DNA of 64,000 bases. Source: Lama glama (Eukaryota). This document shows, in pieces, positions 40,196-54,934 of the stretch (within the stretch, counting starts at the first letter, position 1; every line of letters begins with the position of its first letter). Below the pieces are notes generated by a model. It was not told where the DNA came from, did not search any database, and worked only from the letters and a program-made list of their open reading frames with translations. The position numbers and the translations under genes are program-made. The DNA is taken from positions 64,606,001-64,670,000 of the forward strand of contig CM052816.1 of the NCBI GenBank assembly GCA_028534125.1. The letters are read 5' to 3'.

Positions 40196-40319
40196 AAACC
40201 ATCCTGATGTTCACAAATACAGTGTGGAGACTGTACAGTGGTATCCTCATGACACTGGCATGTTCACATCAAGCTCATTTGATAAAACTCTGAAAGTATG
40301 GGATACAAATACGTTACAA
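40196..40319 (+). CDS. ERCC8: ERCC8 exon 4, 124 nt
   Basis: ttatag|A..CAA|gtaagt. [41 protein letters not shown], a WD40 repeat. Confidence 0.98.
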
Positions 40320-40427
40320 GTAAGTACATTAAAACCTTTCCAAGTTGCTTTGTACAATGGAGGAGAACTTAATCCTAAACCATTTTAGTGTGTTACTTGT
40401 TAAGATGTTATATATGTTAGATGTGAA

Positions 40428-40670
40428 AGCAGTATAGTAGTTAAGGAGAGCTAGACTGCTTGAGTTCATATCTTGGCTCTCCTCCTGTCTAGCTGTATGA
40501 CATTGGACAAGTGTCTGAACCTTTCTGTGTTTATCTGTGAATGGGGCTAATGATTGTACTTTATAAAATGGTTGTGAGGATTAAATAGGTTGATCCATGT
40601 AAAGTACCTAGAACACTGCCTAGCAGATATAGTAAGTGCTCAAAAAAAAATTAGCTATTATTATTATTAC
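40428..40670 (+). mobile_element. MIR SINE
   Basis: gcagtatagtagttaagg..ctagactgcttgagttca..agctgtatgacattggacaag..ctgtgaatgggg..gttgtgaggattaaat..gtaagtgctcaa. Confidence 0.85.
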
Positions 40671-43600
40671 TATTAAAATTTTAAAACTACTGTGGTCTAG
40701 TGATGTAAGGAAGAAAATTAGGTTTACTTCCTATTGATCTAAAAACTTAGAGGAAAAGAAAGTTGTTAATATTATAGCTGAGTAAAGATAGAAGACCTAA
40801 GTGAAGTGGAGATAAGCAATCTACCCAAGAAAGATTTAAGGATAATGATTGTAAAGATGATCAAACACCTCAGGAGAATGTATGCACAGAGGAAGAAGTT
40901 AGAAATTTTTTTCTAACGAAGAGTTAGAAAACATAAAGAACTATCAAACACAGATGAAGAATAATATCATAAGTGAAATGAAAATACACTAGAAAAAATC
41001 AACAGTAGACTAAATGATACAGAGGAATGGATCAACAAGCCAGAAGACAGTAGAGAAAATCATTGATGCTGAACAGAAAAAAGAAAAAAGAATGAAAAGA
41101 AATGAGTACAGTTTAAGAGACCTCTGGGACAACATCAAGCACACTAATAGTCACATTATAGGGGTCCCAGAAGGAGATGAGAAATAAAAGGGAACTAAGG
41201 ATATAATTGAAGACATAATAGCTAAAAACTTCCTTAACTTGGGAAGGGAAAAAGATATCCAAGTCCAGGAAGTTCAGAGTCCCATTAAGGATTAAACCAA
41301 AGAGGAACACACAAAGACCTACTAGTAATTAAAATGGCAAAAATTAAGGATAAAGGAATAATATTAAAAGCAGAAAGGTTAAAGCAACATGTTATATATA
41401 AGGGAAACCCCATAAGACTAAAGTGATAAAAGAGCAAAATCTACAACCAGAAATCTTCTACCCAGCAAATCTCTCATTGAGATTTGATGGAGAAGTCAAA
41501 AACTTCAGATAAGCAAAGGCTGAAAGAGTTCAGCACCAGTAAACCAGCTTTATAAGAAGGTTAAAGGAACTTCTCTAAGCAAAAAAGAAAAGAACACCAT
41601 GAGAAACATTACAGTCATGAAAGGAAAAAGCCTTCGGTAATGGCAAACATAACAGTAAAGGCAGGAAATCATCCAAGCACAAGGCTAGTAGGAAGGTTAA
41701 AAGATGAAGTCATAAATATCCACAATAAAGAGTTAAGGGATACACAAAACAATTAGATGTAAAATATGATATCAAAAATCAATAATCATGAGAGGAGAAC
41801 AAATGCAAGATTGTTAAAAATGCATTTGAAATTAAGAGATCAGAAATTTAAAACAGTCATATAGAGAGAGAGAGAGACTGATATATATAAACCTCATAGT
41901 AACCACAACCCAAAAATCTATAATAGATACACGCACAGTAAAGAAAAAGGAATTCAAATGTAACACTAAAGATAGTCTTCAAATCACAAGAGAGGAGGCC
42001 AAAAGAGGAAGGAAAGAACAAAACAGACCTACAAAAACAATTAACAAAATGGCAAAAACATACATAACAATAATTACTTTAAATGTAAATGGACTAAATA
42101 CACCAATCAAAAGACACAGAGTTGCTGAACGGTTACAAAAATAAGACTTGTATGTATGCTGCCTACAGGAGACTCACTTCAGATGTAAAGATACACACAG
42201 ACTGAAATGAGGGCATAGAAAAAGGTACTCCATGCAAATGGAAATTAAAAGAAAGCTGGTGTAGCAATACTAAAATCAGACAAAATAGTCTTTAAAATAA
42301 AGACTGTTAGAAGAGACAAAGAAGGATATTACATAATAATCAAGGGATCAATCCAAGAAGAAGATATAACTATTGTAAATATATATGCACCCAACATAGG
42401 ACACCTAAAACATAAAGTGAATATTAACAGACATAAAGGGAGAAATGGACTGCAGCACAGTAATAGTAGAGGAAATTAACACCCCACTTAGACAGATCAT
42501 CCAGACAGAAAATCAGTAAGGAAACACTAGCCTTAAATGGCTCATTAGATCAGGTAGACTTAATATATATAGAATATTCCATCCAAAAACAGCAGCTTGC
42601 ATATTCTTTTCAAGTACACAGGGAACTTTCTCTAGAATGGATGATATGCCACAAAACAAGCCTTGGTAAATTTCAGAAAATTGAAGTCATATCAGGCGTC
42701 TTTTCCAACCACAACACTTTGAGATTAGAAATGAATTACAGAAAAAAGATTGCAAAAAAACACAAACAAGTGGAGGCTAAACGATATGCTGCTAATCAAC
42801 CAGTGGATCACTGAAGAGATCAGAGGAAATTTAAAAAACCAGGAGACAAATGAAAATGAAGACATGATAATTCAAAACCTATGGGATGCAGCAAAAGCAG
42901 TTCTAAGAAGAACTTTATAGCAATACAAGCTTACCTCAGGAAACAAGAAAAATCTCAAACAACCTAACCTTACACCTAAAGGAACTATAAAAAGGGGAAC
43001 AAACAAAACCCAAAATTAGTAGAAGGAAAGAAGTCATAATGATCATAGGAGGAATAAATGAATAGAGACTAGAAAAACAATAGAAATGGTCAAAGATGGC
43101 CCAGATTAATAAAATTAGAAATGAAAGAGAGGAAGTTACAACTGACATCACAGAAATACAAAAGATTGTAAAAGACTACTGCAAACAACTATATGCCAAT
43201 AAAATGAACAGCCTAGAAGTAATGGACAAATTACTAGAAATGTACAATCTCCCAATGCTGAACCAGGGAAAAATAGAAAATATTAACAGACCAATTACCA
43301 GTAATGAAATTAAATCAGTAAAAATAAAACAAAACAAAAAACCTCCCAACAAATGAAAGTCTAGGACCAGAAGTCTTTATAGCTGAATTCTACCAAACAT
43401 GCAGAGAAGAATTAACACCTAGTCTTCACAAACTATTACAAAAAATTGCAGAGGAAGGCACGCTTCTGAACTCAATTCTGCGAGGTCAGCATCACCCAAA
43501 TACCAAAACCAGACAAAGATATCACACAGACACAAAAAGAGAAAACTACAGAACAATATAACTGATGAACATAGATGGAAAAATCCTCAACAATATTTAG

Positions 43601-45011
43601 CAAACCAAATTCAACAACACATCAAAAGGATCATATACCACAGCCAAGTGGGATTTACCCCTGTGATGTGTTTTTCATTATCTGCAAGTTGATTGGTGTG
43701 ACACACCACATTAACAAATTGAAGAATAAAAACCATATGACATCCCAATAGATGCAGGAAAAGCTTTTGACAAAATTCCACATCCATTTATAATAAAATT
43801 CAACAGAAAGTGGGCATAGAGGGAACATGTCGCAACGTAATAAAGGGCATGTATGACAAGCCCAGAGCTAACATCATAGTCAGTGGTGAAAAGCTGAAAT
43901 CATTTTCTCTAAGATCAGGAACAAGACAAGAATGCCCACTCTCACCACTGTTACTCAACATAGTATTGCTGTAGCCACAGCAGTTAGACAAGGAAGATAA
44001 AATAATCCAAATTGGAAAAGAAGTAAAACTGTCATTGTTTGTAGATAATGTGATACTATACATAGAAAATCCTAAAGATGCCACCAGAAGACTACTAGAA
44101 CTCATCAATGGATTCAGTAAGTTGCAGAAAACAAAATTAATATACAGATATCTGTTGTATTTCTATACACTAGCAATGAACTATCAGAAAGGATAATTAA
44201 GGAAACAACTCCATTTACAATCTCATCAAAAAGGATTAAAATACCTAGGAATAAACCTACCTAAGGAAATAAAAGACCTGTACTCAGAAAACTCTAAGAC
44301 ACTGATGAAAGAAATTGAAGAAGAACAAATAGATGGAAAGATTTACCATGTTCATGGATTGAAAGAACTTATATTTTAAAAATGAACATGCAACTGAAGG
44401 CAATCTACAGATTTAATGCAATCCCTATCAAAATACTAAGGGCATTTTTCTCAGAACTACAAGAAATAGCTTTAAAATTTGTACAGAAGCACAAAAAACC
44501 TCAACCAAAACAATCTTGAAAAGAAACAGACCTGGAGGAATCATGCTCCCTGACTTCAGACTGTACTATAAAGCTACGGTAATCAATACAGTATGGTACT
44601 GGCACAAAAACAGATACATAGATCAATGTAACAGAATAGAAAGCCCATAAATAAACCCATGCACTTATGGTCAATTAATCTACAACAAAGGAGGCAAGCA
44701 TATACAATGGAGAAAAGACAATCTCTTAAATAACTGGTGCTGGGGAGTCTAGACCGCCACATGTGAAAGAACAAAATTAGAACATTTTCTAACACTGTGT
44801 ACGAAAATAAACTCAAAATGGGTTAAAGACTTAAATTTAAGACTGGAAACCACAAAGTTCCTAGAAGAAAATGTAGGTGGATCACTCTTTGACACAAATC
44901 ATGGCAGTATTATTTTTTGCATCTGTTTCCTAAAGCAAAGGAAGTAAAAGCAAAATTAAACAAATGAGACCTAATTAAATGTAAAAGCTTTTACACAGTA
45001 AAGGAAACCAT

Positions 45012-45012
<1 letters not shown>

Positions 45013-45050
<38 letters not shown>
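45013..45050. repeat. (CA)19 microsatellite
   Basis: Direct reading of the CA run. Confidence 0.95.
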
Positions 45051-45053
<3 letters not shown>

Positions 45054-45288
45054 CAACCTACTGAAAGGGAAAAAATGTTTGCAAATGATATGACTAGTAA
45101 AGGGTTAATGTCCAAAATATGTAAACAGTTCATACACCTCAACATCAAAAAAAATGCAGAAAACATGGACAGAACATCTGAAAAGACATTTTTTTCCAAA
45201 GAAGACATATAGATGGCCAACAGACATATGGAAAGATGCTCAACCTCATTAATCATGAGAGAAATTCAAATTAAAAATTGAAAATAGA

Positions 45289-45546
45289 TGTAGATACTGA
45301 CAGGCATATGTAGTATAGATAAATAAGACTATACTGTATAGCATAGGGAAATATACAAGATCTTGTGGTAGCTCACAGTGAAAAAGAATGTTACAGTGAA
45401 TATATGTATGCTCATGTATAACTGAAAAATTGTGCTTTACACTGAAATTGGCACAACATTGTAAACTGACTATAACTCAATAAATATATATATATACATA
45501 TATATGTGTATGTGTGTGTGTGTTTATATATATATACATACACAAA
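45289..45546 (+). mobile_element. Short young L1 3' end with TA/TG microsatellite tail, nested in the long L1
   Basis: 45289-45483 closely matches 11190-11387. TSD aaaaattgaaaataga (45273-45288) / aaaaactgaaaataga (45547-45562). Confidence 0.88.
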
Positions 45547-46200
45547 AAAAACTGAAAATAGAACTACCGTATGACCCAGGAGTTGCACTCCTGGATATAT
45601 ATCTGAAAAGAATGAAAACACAAATTCAAAAAGATACATGCACAACAGTGTTTTGGTAGCAGTATTCACAATTGCCAAGATATGGAAGCAACCTAAATGT
45701 TCTTCAACAGGTGAATGGATAAAGAAGACGTAGTATATATATATACAATGGAATACCACTCAGCCATAAAAGAGAATGAGATTTTGCCATTTGCAGCAAC
45801 ATGCATGGACTTGGAGGATATTATACAAAATGAAATGAGTCATACAGAGAAACACAAATACCTATGGTATACTTACATGTAGGATCCAAAAAACAAAACA
45901 AACTAGTGGATATAACCTAAAAGAAACAAACTCACAGATATAGAGAACAAATTAATGGTTACCAGTGGGGAAAGAGTAGAGGAGAAGAGCAATGTAGGAG
46001 CAGAAGATTAAGAGTTACAAACTACTATGTATAAAATAAGGTATAAGGATATATAGTACAACACAGGAATATAGCCAATACTTTATAATAACTGTAAATG
46101 GAATATAATCTCTAAATATTGTGAGTCAGTATGTTGTATACCTGAAAGTTACATAATATTGTACATTAACTATTCCTCAGTTAAATAAAAGAAGAAAAAA

Positions 46201-47790
46201 TAATTAGAAGACTCAATATTGAAAAGATACTGATTTTACCCAAAATAATGCATTTCTGATCAAAATCTTTGCAGAATTCTTTTATGGAAATTGACTAGTT
46301 AATTCTAATGTATATAGGGCAATACAAAGGGACAAGGCACTCTTGAAGAAGAATAAAGTTTCAGGACTTCACTACCTGTAACCAAGACTTACCATAAATT
46401 AATTATACTAATTAAAGCAGTATGATATTGGTAGAAGTTAAAAAAAAACACACACATGCACAGGGGAACAGGGTAGAGAATCAAGAAATACACCCATAGC
46501 TGTATAATCATTTGATTTATGGTGAAAGTAACACTGAAGAACTGGGGAAAGGATAGCCTTTTCCATAAATGGTGCTGGATCAACCAGGTTTCCATATTAA
46601 GAAATGAATCTTGACCCTTACCTCACACCAGACATAGAAGTCAATTTCAGGTGGATCACAGGTATAAATGGGAAAGATAAAACAATAAAGCTTAAAGAAG
46701 AAAAGGGAAAGTGTGTTTGTGGCTCAAGAGAGGTAAAGACACAAAAAGTACAAACCAAGAAGTCAGAGATTAATAAATTGAGCTATGTTAAAATTAGGAA
46801 TGTCCAGTCATTAAAGAAAGTATAAAGGTAAGCCATGGAATGGGAGGTGATGTATCTGACACATGCATATATTTCAAAAAGGACTGATACACAAATTAAT
46901 CAACAAAAATTATAACAGTCCTATAGAAAAATAAGCAAAACATTTGAATAGGCACTTCAAGAAAGAGGATAAATAGCCAATAAATGAAAGTGTTCAACTT
47001 TATTAACTGTGCACCTGTATATGTTAATTAAATACCTAATGAGTGGGCAGGGATATAGCTCAATGGTAGAGCACATGTTTAGCATGCACAGGACCCTGGG
47101 TTCAATCCCCAGTACCTCCATTAAAGAAAAAAAAAAAACCATAATGAGATACCTCTCCGTACCATGCAGAATGGTTAAACTTAAGGAGACTGATGATAAC
47201 AGATTGCTGATGAGATTACAGATAGATTACAGATTGGTACAGATATTTGGTATTGACTGAAGCATATGTGCATACCCTCTGACCCAGCAGTTACACTTTG
47301 AATATATAAATGCATGCATGTGAACTGAAGGTTATTTATAAGAATGTTCACAGCAACACTGTTAATGATAACCCCAAACTGGAAATACCTCAAGTGTCCA
47401 TTAACAGCCAATTGAAATCTGGCAAATTTACATTAGAATACTCTCCAACAATGACAAGGGAATACTTCTGTATTAACAAAGTGTATGAATCTTACGTAAT
47501 ACTAAACAAAATAACCAAACACAAAAGGGTGCCTAATATATATCCCTTTGTAGAAGGTTCCAAAATAGACAAAACTGATCTACGGTGATATAGATATGTA
47601 TGGTAGTTATCTTTCTTGATAGGATTTGTAAGGGACTTGGGGTATTTGTAATGTTTGTAGTGTTCTCTTTTAAAATACAGGTAGTTGTTGCTTTGTGAAA
47701 ATTCATTTTATGAAAATTAATTGAGCTGTTTGCTTATGATTTGTGTACTTTCCTATATGTTTGTTACACTTCATTTAAAAGTGGTTTAAA
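46201..47790 (+). mobile_element. Older L1 (L1M-type) ORF2 end and 3' UTR; host of the long L1 and of a SINE
   Basis: agaagactcaatattg continues the ORF2 text left at about 40790 (agaagacctaagtgaagtggagata). ORF 46604-46825 (MNLDPYLTP) is L1 ORF2. Confidence 0.75.
47045..47138 (+). mobile_element. Short tRNA-derived SINE (resembles camelid vic-1 type)
   Basis: gggcagggatatagctcaatggtagagcac (A box) ... ctgggttcaatcccc (B box) agtacctcc, A tail, and flanking taatgag duplication. Confidence 0.85.
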
Positions 47791-48189
47791 AATTAATGTC
47801 ATACATTTGCATTTTCTTTCCTTAACATCTTTTAAAACTCTAAGACATCTTGAATTTAAATTTTCTTTAGAACATAAATGTTTTGCTAACTCAAAACAAT
47901 ATTTCATGAGTTCATAATTCTGTCTGAAATAAAGGTATGACAGGATTTTATTGATGATAAATTTAAAAGCATTCAATCAGGAATAATTTATTATGCATCT
48001 GCTAGGTATAAAGAAAGCTATGGAAGGCAAAATATTGTCCTCTCCATCCTCTACTCCCATCATTAGTTTTTCCTGTTAATGTATGCATTATATACCTATG
48101 ATAACTTTATTTCATCTCAGTTTTCCATGAGCATTTTTTTCATCATACAGCTTGAGCATATGATGTCGCATAATGGAATATCTTCTCCA

Positions 48190-49880
48190 GAGTCTTCTCT
48201 ATTAAACTTTAAGGTGAAGAGCCAAATGGAGATAATCCAGGATTTGAGCTATACATATCTGGAATCCAAGAGTGTGGTCTAAACTGAAAATATAGATTTG
48301 TGAGTCACTAGGATGTAGGTGGTAGTTGAAGAGAAAAGTACTTGCAACAAAACCTTGAGGAAAATGAAAATTAATAGGACAGAAGAAGGAACAACAAAGC
48401 CTGCAGGAGTCAATGAAAAGGATTAGCCAAAGAGAGTTAAGAGGAAAATCAGGGGTACGTGATATAATGGAACTCGTAGAAGAGACTGGTTTTAAGAAAG
48501 ATAGAGTAGTCAGCTGTGTTGAATGCTCCTGACAGATTAAGTAAGGTAAGGACTATGTTTGGTGATAGGAGGTTATCAGTGCTATAGTCAAGGTGGTTGA
48601 AATGGGAATAGTGGGGATAAAAGTAAGTTTGTAGTGAGTTGAGAAATACATGGGAGATAAGAAATTAGAGACAGCCAAAATTTGGATTTAAAGAGGAAGA
48701 ATTTGGGTGAAAAAAAAGGAATTTGGGTGAAAAAACTTTTTTTTGGTCAGGAGGGTGCTGTTAACATTAAAGAGACTTAAACATTTTTTTAGTGCTGATG
48801 GGAATGATCCAGTAGAGACTGAGAGGTTATAGATGCTTCAGAGTTATCTGACAGTGCTGAAAGGGATCTGAACAGGTAGGGAAATTAACTTTAAATATGA
48901 GGAAGGATCATTTTTTCCCACGATGGCTTGGATGAAGAAGGAAAAAAGATAAGCAAATGAGTTTATAGGTGTGTTGATAAAACTTTAAGAGAATTCTCAT
49001 TGAATGGCTCCCATTTTCTCTCTTGAAGCAAAGATCAGATTACCTGTTGTGATGAAGCAGAGGTGTCTGTGGAGAGTAGAGGTTTGAAATAGCTGCATAT
49101 ATTGCAGAGAATACTAGTGAAATATTGTAGAACTAGCAGTCAATACAAAAGCCCAGTTGAAATGAATGACCTTTTATAGTGATACCAGTCTGCCCTTTTA
49201 CAAGTCTGCCTTCACCTGGTGAGGGCAGAGCTCAGCTAACTGCAGCCCATAGGCAAAGTCAAGGCTCTGGGCCAAGTCTTCTCATAGACTCTTTTTGTAA
49301 ATAAAGTTTTTATAACAGAGAGATGCTCATTTGTTGTCTATGGCCACTTAGATGCTATCGTGGCAGAAATGAGTAGTTGGTCCTCAAAGCCTAAAATATT
49401 TACAATCTGACCCTTTACAGGAAAAGTTTGCTGACTTCTGGTGTAGATTATCCTGGAAATAGGTGCACAGAAGGTAGACATTGGGAGTCATTCAGGGCTG
49501 AGGTCTTGACGAGTGTGATGACTACACCAAAGGAGCTGAAGATTTTGGCCCGTTGAAGTATTGGACCTTGAAATCCAAGCTGAAGACGGAAAAGATGAGA
49601 AGACAGGAGGAACTGATAAGAGTTCTGGGCTTTATCTGGGTATCTTAGAGGTAGTTGGGAAAAATAAAAAGCTGAAAATGATGGAAGACTGTGGTCATAA
49701 ATAACTGAAATATATGATTTCAGAAGAGGGGAAGTTCTGGGTAATAAGAGTGTCCTGGGTGTGGTAGCTGAGGTTATATGGAACTGAGAAGCAGAGTACT
49801 GGCTGGATCATCTGTGTAGATGCTGAAGTCCCCCAAAGTAGAATGGAAAGGAAGATGGTGAGCCTGGTGATTATCTTACC
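48190..49880 (-). mobile_element. L2 LINE fragments
   Basis: Purine-rich tract with L2 phrases (gtcagctgtgttgaatgct..gagattaagtaagg-like; gatgctgaagtcccc). Confidence 0.6.
49226..49440. mobile_element. MER58-like hAT-Charlie MITE
   Basis: cagagctcagctaact...ttttgtaaataaagtttt...aaagcctaaaatatttacaatctgaccctttacaggaaaagtttgctgacttctg. Confidence 0.75.
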
Positions 49881-50003
49881 TTAATCGCTGGAATTTATTA
49901 GACAAAAAAAATTGCTAGCATTACAAAAATAAATAGAAAATTTCTTCCTTTTGTGATTATGATTAGAACTTACACTTTTAAAATGTCTTTTGATTATTAT
50001 TAG

Positions 50004-50141
<138 letters not shown>

Positions 50142-50739
50142 TAATTCGTTTTGATGTAAACATTTTAACCCAGATGAAGATCACAATTCTTTTTTTGAAA
50201 CAAGTATATGCTACTGTTTATATTTAGTTTAATAGATATTGTGCAAGTCAGGCACTGTGCTAGTGGCTAAGATTTAAAGATTAAGAAAGCACATTTCTGT
50301 TCCCTTGAAAAGTTACTTTTTAAACCACCAAAGTTTCAAAGATTTTACATGAACAAAATTATGCAGTTGTTTCAGTTTGACACGATAAAACAAGGAAATT
50401 CTTTCCTTTTCTCTAAGAATGTGTGGTTGAAATTAAACATTCATTTTAATGAAAGCTCCTACAGCAAAAATTTTCATGTATGAAGAAAAAATGTTTTTCT
50501 GGCATCGAGTATCCTATAATTTCATTATTTCTATGGCACTGTGTAATCTCCTCACCTCCAAACATCAGTCAGCTGCTCCATCTGTAAAGAGTTTGGGCAT
50601 TAACTTGTCTTTGAGGTCCACTCAGTCTGTGTCCAGAGTTTCTGTGACTCTATTACTAGTGATTGGAAATATGTTATTAACGTGGAAAAGCTAAGCTATT
50701 AAAATAAAATGATTTGAGTGATAAAATAACATAGAATTA

Positions 50740-50905
50740 AGTACATACATTATACTGATACACATTTCCTGGTTTTGATACTATGCTGTAGTGACCTACC
50801 ATATAACTATTGGGACAGCCTAGGTGAAGGGTACACAGGGCCTCTCTGTACTATCTTTGCAACTTCCTGTGAATCTATAATTATTTCAAAATTAAATTTT
50901 AAAAA
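50740..50905 (+). mobile_element. Old L1 3' terminal fragment
   Basis: ggtgaagggtacacagggcctctctgtactatctttgcaacttcctgtgaatctataattatttcaaaat. Confidence 0.7.
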
Positions 50906-51092
50906 TAATGTAATGATAGAGTTTTCTTACTAAAGTATAGCTATAAATAATTTTATAATTATAAAAATTAAAAACTAAAGAATATTTTAACATACAATTT
51001 TATATTTCTGTATGATATAGTGAAAATGTCGTGATTCATAATGGTAGTTTCTTGTTTCCTTTTGGTGATGATTTATAATAAAATTATTTTAA

Positions 51093-51248
<156 letters not shown>

Positions 51249-52276
51249 TAACAATGTATTCTTTGTAAGTGACATGACTGATGTATTTTGTGCTAGTTGT
51301 TAAAAGCCAACAGGGAAATAAAGATCCTTCTGTGCATTATTCTTATAAAGCTGAACTATTGAGGAGACATTTATATGAACATTGGCCACAGAGGAAGCTC
51401 AAAAGATACAGAATGTCTAACTCAAAACCATGTGTTATTTCTACATTGAGAAAAATAAATTACTTATGAAACTTCTATCAGTACATTTATCTCCATGAGC
51501 ATTGTTTAACATTGTTCTGGCGAGTAACTGTTCTTAATATTTAGGTGCTTTTATTCTCAGTAAAAATACTTTAGAAAAAGATATTGAAATAATTCTTTGG
51601 TAAAGGTATATTAACTTAAATTATTTGTGCTACTTTTCTATCAGTATTTGATCATCTAATTCTAAACAATAGAAAAATGGGATGTAATTCATAAATAACA
51701 GTTTTATTCATCTGAGAAACATAATAAATATATTGGGAAAACTTGGTGTGATGGATAGCATTTGTTTTACATTATCATGAATTTCTATTAAGATTAGCTA
51801 TATAGATGAAAATATCTGATTTGAATAGTTTAATTAGGTAAAAGTGAATTAAAATACTGACATCGCTTATACTGTGAATTTATCACCTGTGCTTTCTAGG
51901 TAAAAATGTTTATACAAATGCTTTTTATAATCAATCATTAAAATAATTTTTTTCTGTTACAACTTTCTGAAAAGTTAGAAAATTTTTTTATTCTTTAGAA
52001 TGTTTATCTTCTATGGTTTGTTGCAGGGATCTTGTTGTAGATATAAGTGAGTGAGCTTTTGAGTTGCATCACTTATTGATGGATTGACTTCCTAGGCTAA
52101 GAGCTGTTATTTAAAAAGAAAGACTCACTAACTCTAACTGTTCTTTCCAAAGCAAAACCAGTCCTTTTATAATAAAATACCATGTGTGAAAAATGCTCCA
52201 TAGATTTCACATTAATATTTAAATATAGATTATTATAAATGTGGGGAAAATGATAATTATATCAATTTATTTTTAA

Positions 52277-52441
<165 letters not shown>

Positions 52442-52819
52442 TAAAATGCAAATTATTTGGTTTTGAAGTTAATAATTAATGATAAGCATTTTGAAGAGAC
52501 TTATGTAACATATATATTTAGATGTTAAGTAGGTCCTGAAAAATAAAATAATTGAGTTACAGATTTTAATTCAAATTACCAAAAGAAATCTTCCTTTGCA
52601 TCATAATCCTAATCATGACTATCCATCTTGAAGGTGCTCACATTTTAAAACAGAAAACAAGACAATCTGTGTAGCAATGCAAATCTACTAGTACTACCCA
52701 TTAACAACTGTGTTGTGTCATTTTTGCATACAAAAGCATAGCACTCTGTTAATTTTAAGTTAGCATTTTAGTTCATTTTCTTTAATCCAGAATTATTTTG
52801 AATCTAATTCAACATATCC

Positions 52820-53700
52820 ATCCACTCATTGATTTCATTTTATGACTCCCAAGGTTTGTGCCAGGGACACAGATGTAACCAAGGCATAGTCCTTCCAGAA
52901 GCTAACAGTCTAATGAGGGGGTATAGTCACAAAAATCAATAATTACAGGACATTCTGAAAAGTACTTTGATAGAGGTGCATCTCTGGTAGGTGTAATATG
53001 GGGAAAAAGAGCAAGAGCATTTAACTCTTGAGGATGAAGGGATTTGGAGGAGTTTTTTTGCTGGAGGAAAGAGTCTCGCGTATTTAAATGTTGAGGGAAA
53101 AGTGAAAAGTACTGGTGGAGAGAAATTAGTGAAAATAAGAAATGGAGGTAAGAATTGGTACATCAGGACCTTGAATAGACAGGAGAGGGTAGTATCAAGG
53201 GTCCCAGTAGAAGGGGAACACTTGATTAGACACACGAAGGGCATCATGAGACTAAATAGAAGGAGGAAAGGTAAACATGAATATGATTAAATTTGTGGCT
53301 GTGGCAGAGAAGCTCAAGAAATGGAAACCTAGCGGCCTCTATTCATTTTTAGTGGAGTAAAACTTGATGTCATCTATTAAAAATACTGGAATGGGATGCA
53401 GTTTTCAGGGAAGGTAGTAAAGATCTGGAATAATAGTTTTAATGATTGGGAGAAGAGCTAATTGGGGGCATCTAGGATTGCTTGGCAGTACTGTGTGCTC
53501 TGTTGAAGGTGTAGCCTACAGCTGTACTAAGCCACAGAAACCAAAACATTGAATGACACAGACTTAATAATTGTCTAAAATTGTTGAAGTTATGGATATA
53601 AGGAAGGAAATAAAATCACAGAAAGGCTTATAGGAGGGATCAAGGACCTAATGAGATAGCAGGATGAGTGTCAGAATAAGAAAGTTTAAAAACTGAAGGG
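52820..53700 (-). mobile_element. L2 LINE fragments
   Basis: L2 3'-like cattgatttcatt..tgtgccagggac..cagtctaatg followed by a purine-rich body. Confidence 0.5.
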
Positions 53701-54393
53701 ATAGGAAGTAGTAGTCAAACTTTCATATAGACAGTTTAATAAAACTTTTTGCAGAAGAATTTTTACAGAAGCTATTTAGATTAGTCTTATAAAGATATGT
53801 GTCTGGATTTTTGTAGAACTGCCACCCTTCGCTCTCTGTCACAGTTTAGTCCCCAAAGAATCTTCTGTTAATAGTTTGCAGAATGTGATAGTGAAATTTA
53901 TGATTTCTAAAGGAGAACAAAGTCTAGAATGTAGCCACAAGAGGGCTGGCTAAAATGATGTGAAGGTGAGGAGCTAGGTGCTGGTTGTTGGTCCATGCTA
54001 GAGTGGATTCATACTGTTTGTACCTAATTTGGTTTTCCTCAAATCGAGAGGAAAGCTAAGAGGCTTTCAATTCTCAGAGTACCCAGGAATTTGAATCGGT
54101 ACCAGAATGGACCTAGTAATCAGTGTTAGGGGCCAGATATGTCCAAATCTAATCTGATCAGAAGAGACTTAAGTCTTCAAACTCATTGCAGACCTTTTCT
54201 CCAGCTAGAAAGAAAGAAAACCAACTTGAGAATGGGAAATGCTCGCTTTTTCCTGACTATTCTAATTGGCTAGGTTTAATGGTGATCTTTTAAAAGAATC
54301 AAGATTATAGGAACAACAAACTTGCTAAGGAACAAAGCTCTAAGCCTGTCTAGTCTTTGTGGAGAAAGATGCTCATGTCATTAAAAAGAACAT

Positions 54394-54481
54394 GGGGAGG
54401 TGGTAATAGCTCAGTGGTAGAGCACATGCTTAATGTGCACAAGGTCCAAGGTTCAATTCCCAGTACCTCCGTGAACATAAA

Positions 54482-54553
<72 letters not shown>
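54394..54553 (+). mobile_element. Short tRNA-derived SINE with (TAAG)n(TAAA)n tail
   Basis: ggggaggtggtaatagctcagtggtagagcac...ggttcaattcccagtacctcc, same family as 47045-47138. TSD taaaaagaacat (54382-54393) / taaaaacaacat (54554-54565). Confidence 0.88.
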
Positions 54554-54556
<3 letters not shown>

Positions 54557-54787
54557 AAACAACATAAAAAGCAGCAGAATTCTGTCCTTGTGATCAAAAT
54601 AAGAGTACCTTTTCCCCTATTTTTTTACGTCTTTGTACCACTAATGACTATTTGCTAAAAAAGCAACAGTACTGCCACGCAAATTACAAATACATTTGCA
54701 CTAATATACTGAGACCTCTTTAAGCCATAATACTGGAAAGATGAATGAGGAGTACAGTCACTACCCTAGCTATATATGTCAATATAA

Positions 54788-54934
<147 letters not shown>

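Larger units (their letters stand above)
40815..46200 (+). mobile_element. Long degenerate L1 (ORF1 part, ORF2, 3' UTR) in ERCC8 intron 4
   Basis: EN-domain start aataattactttaaatgtaaatggactaaat at about 42069. ORF 43096-43356 (QINKIRNEREEVTTDITEIQKI..LYANKM). RT region near 43700-44100. A tail at about 46185-46200. Many stops and frameshifts. Confidence 0.93.

Noticed and set aside
45484..45543. Quasi-palindromic TA/TG/CA tract suggesting a hairpin or miRNA
   Set aside because: Low-complexity microsatellite derived from an L1 tail; self-complementarity is expected by composition.
42060..45850. Potentially active L1 ORF2
   Set aside because: Many stops, frameshifts, an apparent internal deletion near 45270 and a nested insertion. 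The longest sense ORF listed is only 86 aa.
47045..47120. Possible tRNA genes (also 54394-54470)
   Set aside because: Degenerate stems, A-rich tails and TSDs indicate SINE retrocopies, not functional tRNAs.
48699..48735. Short tandem duplications (gaatttgggtgaaaaaa twice; similar ones near 8984, 47213 and 57499)
   Set aside because: Ordinary two-copy slippage duplications, mostly inside old repeats; not arrays.
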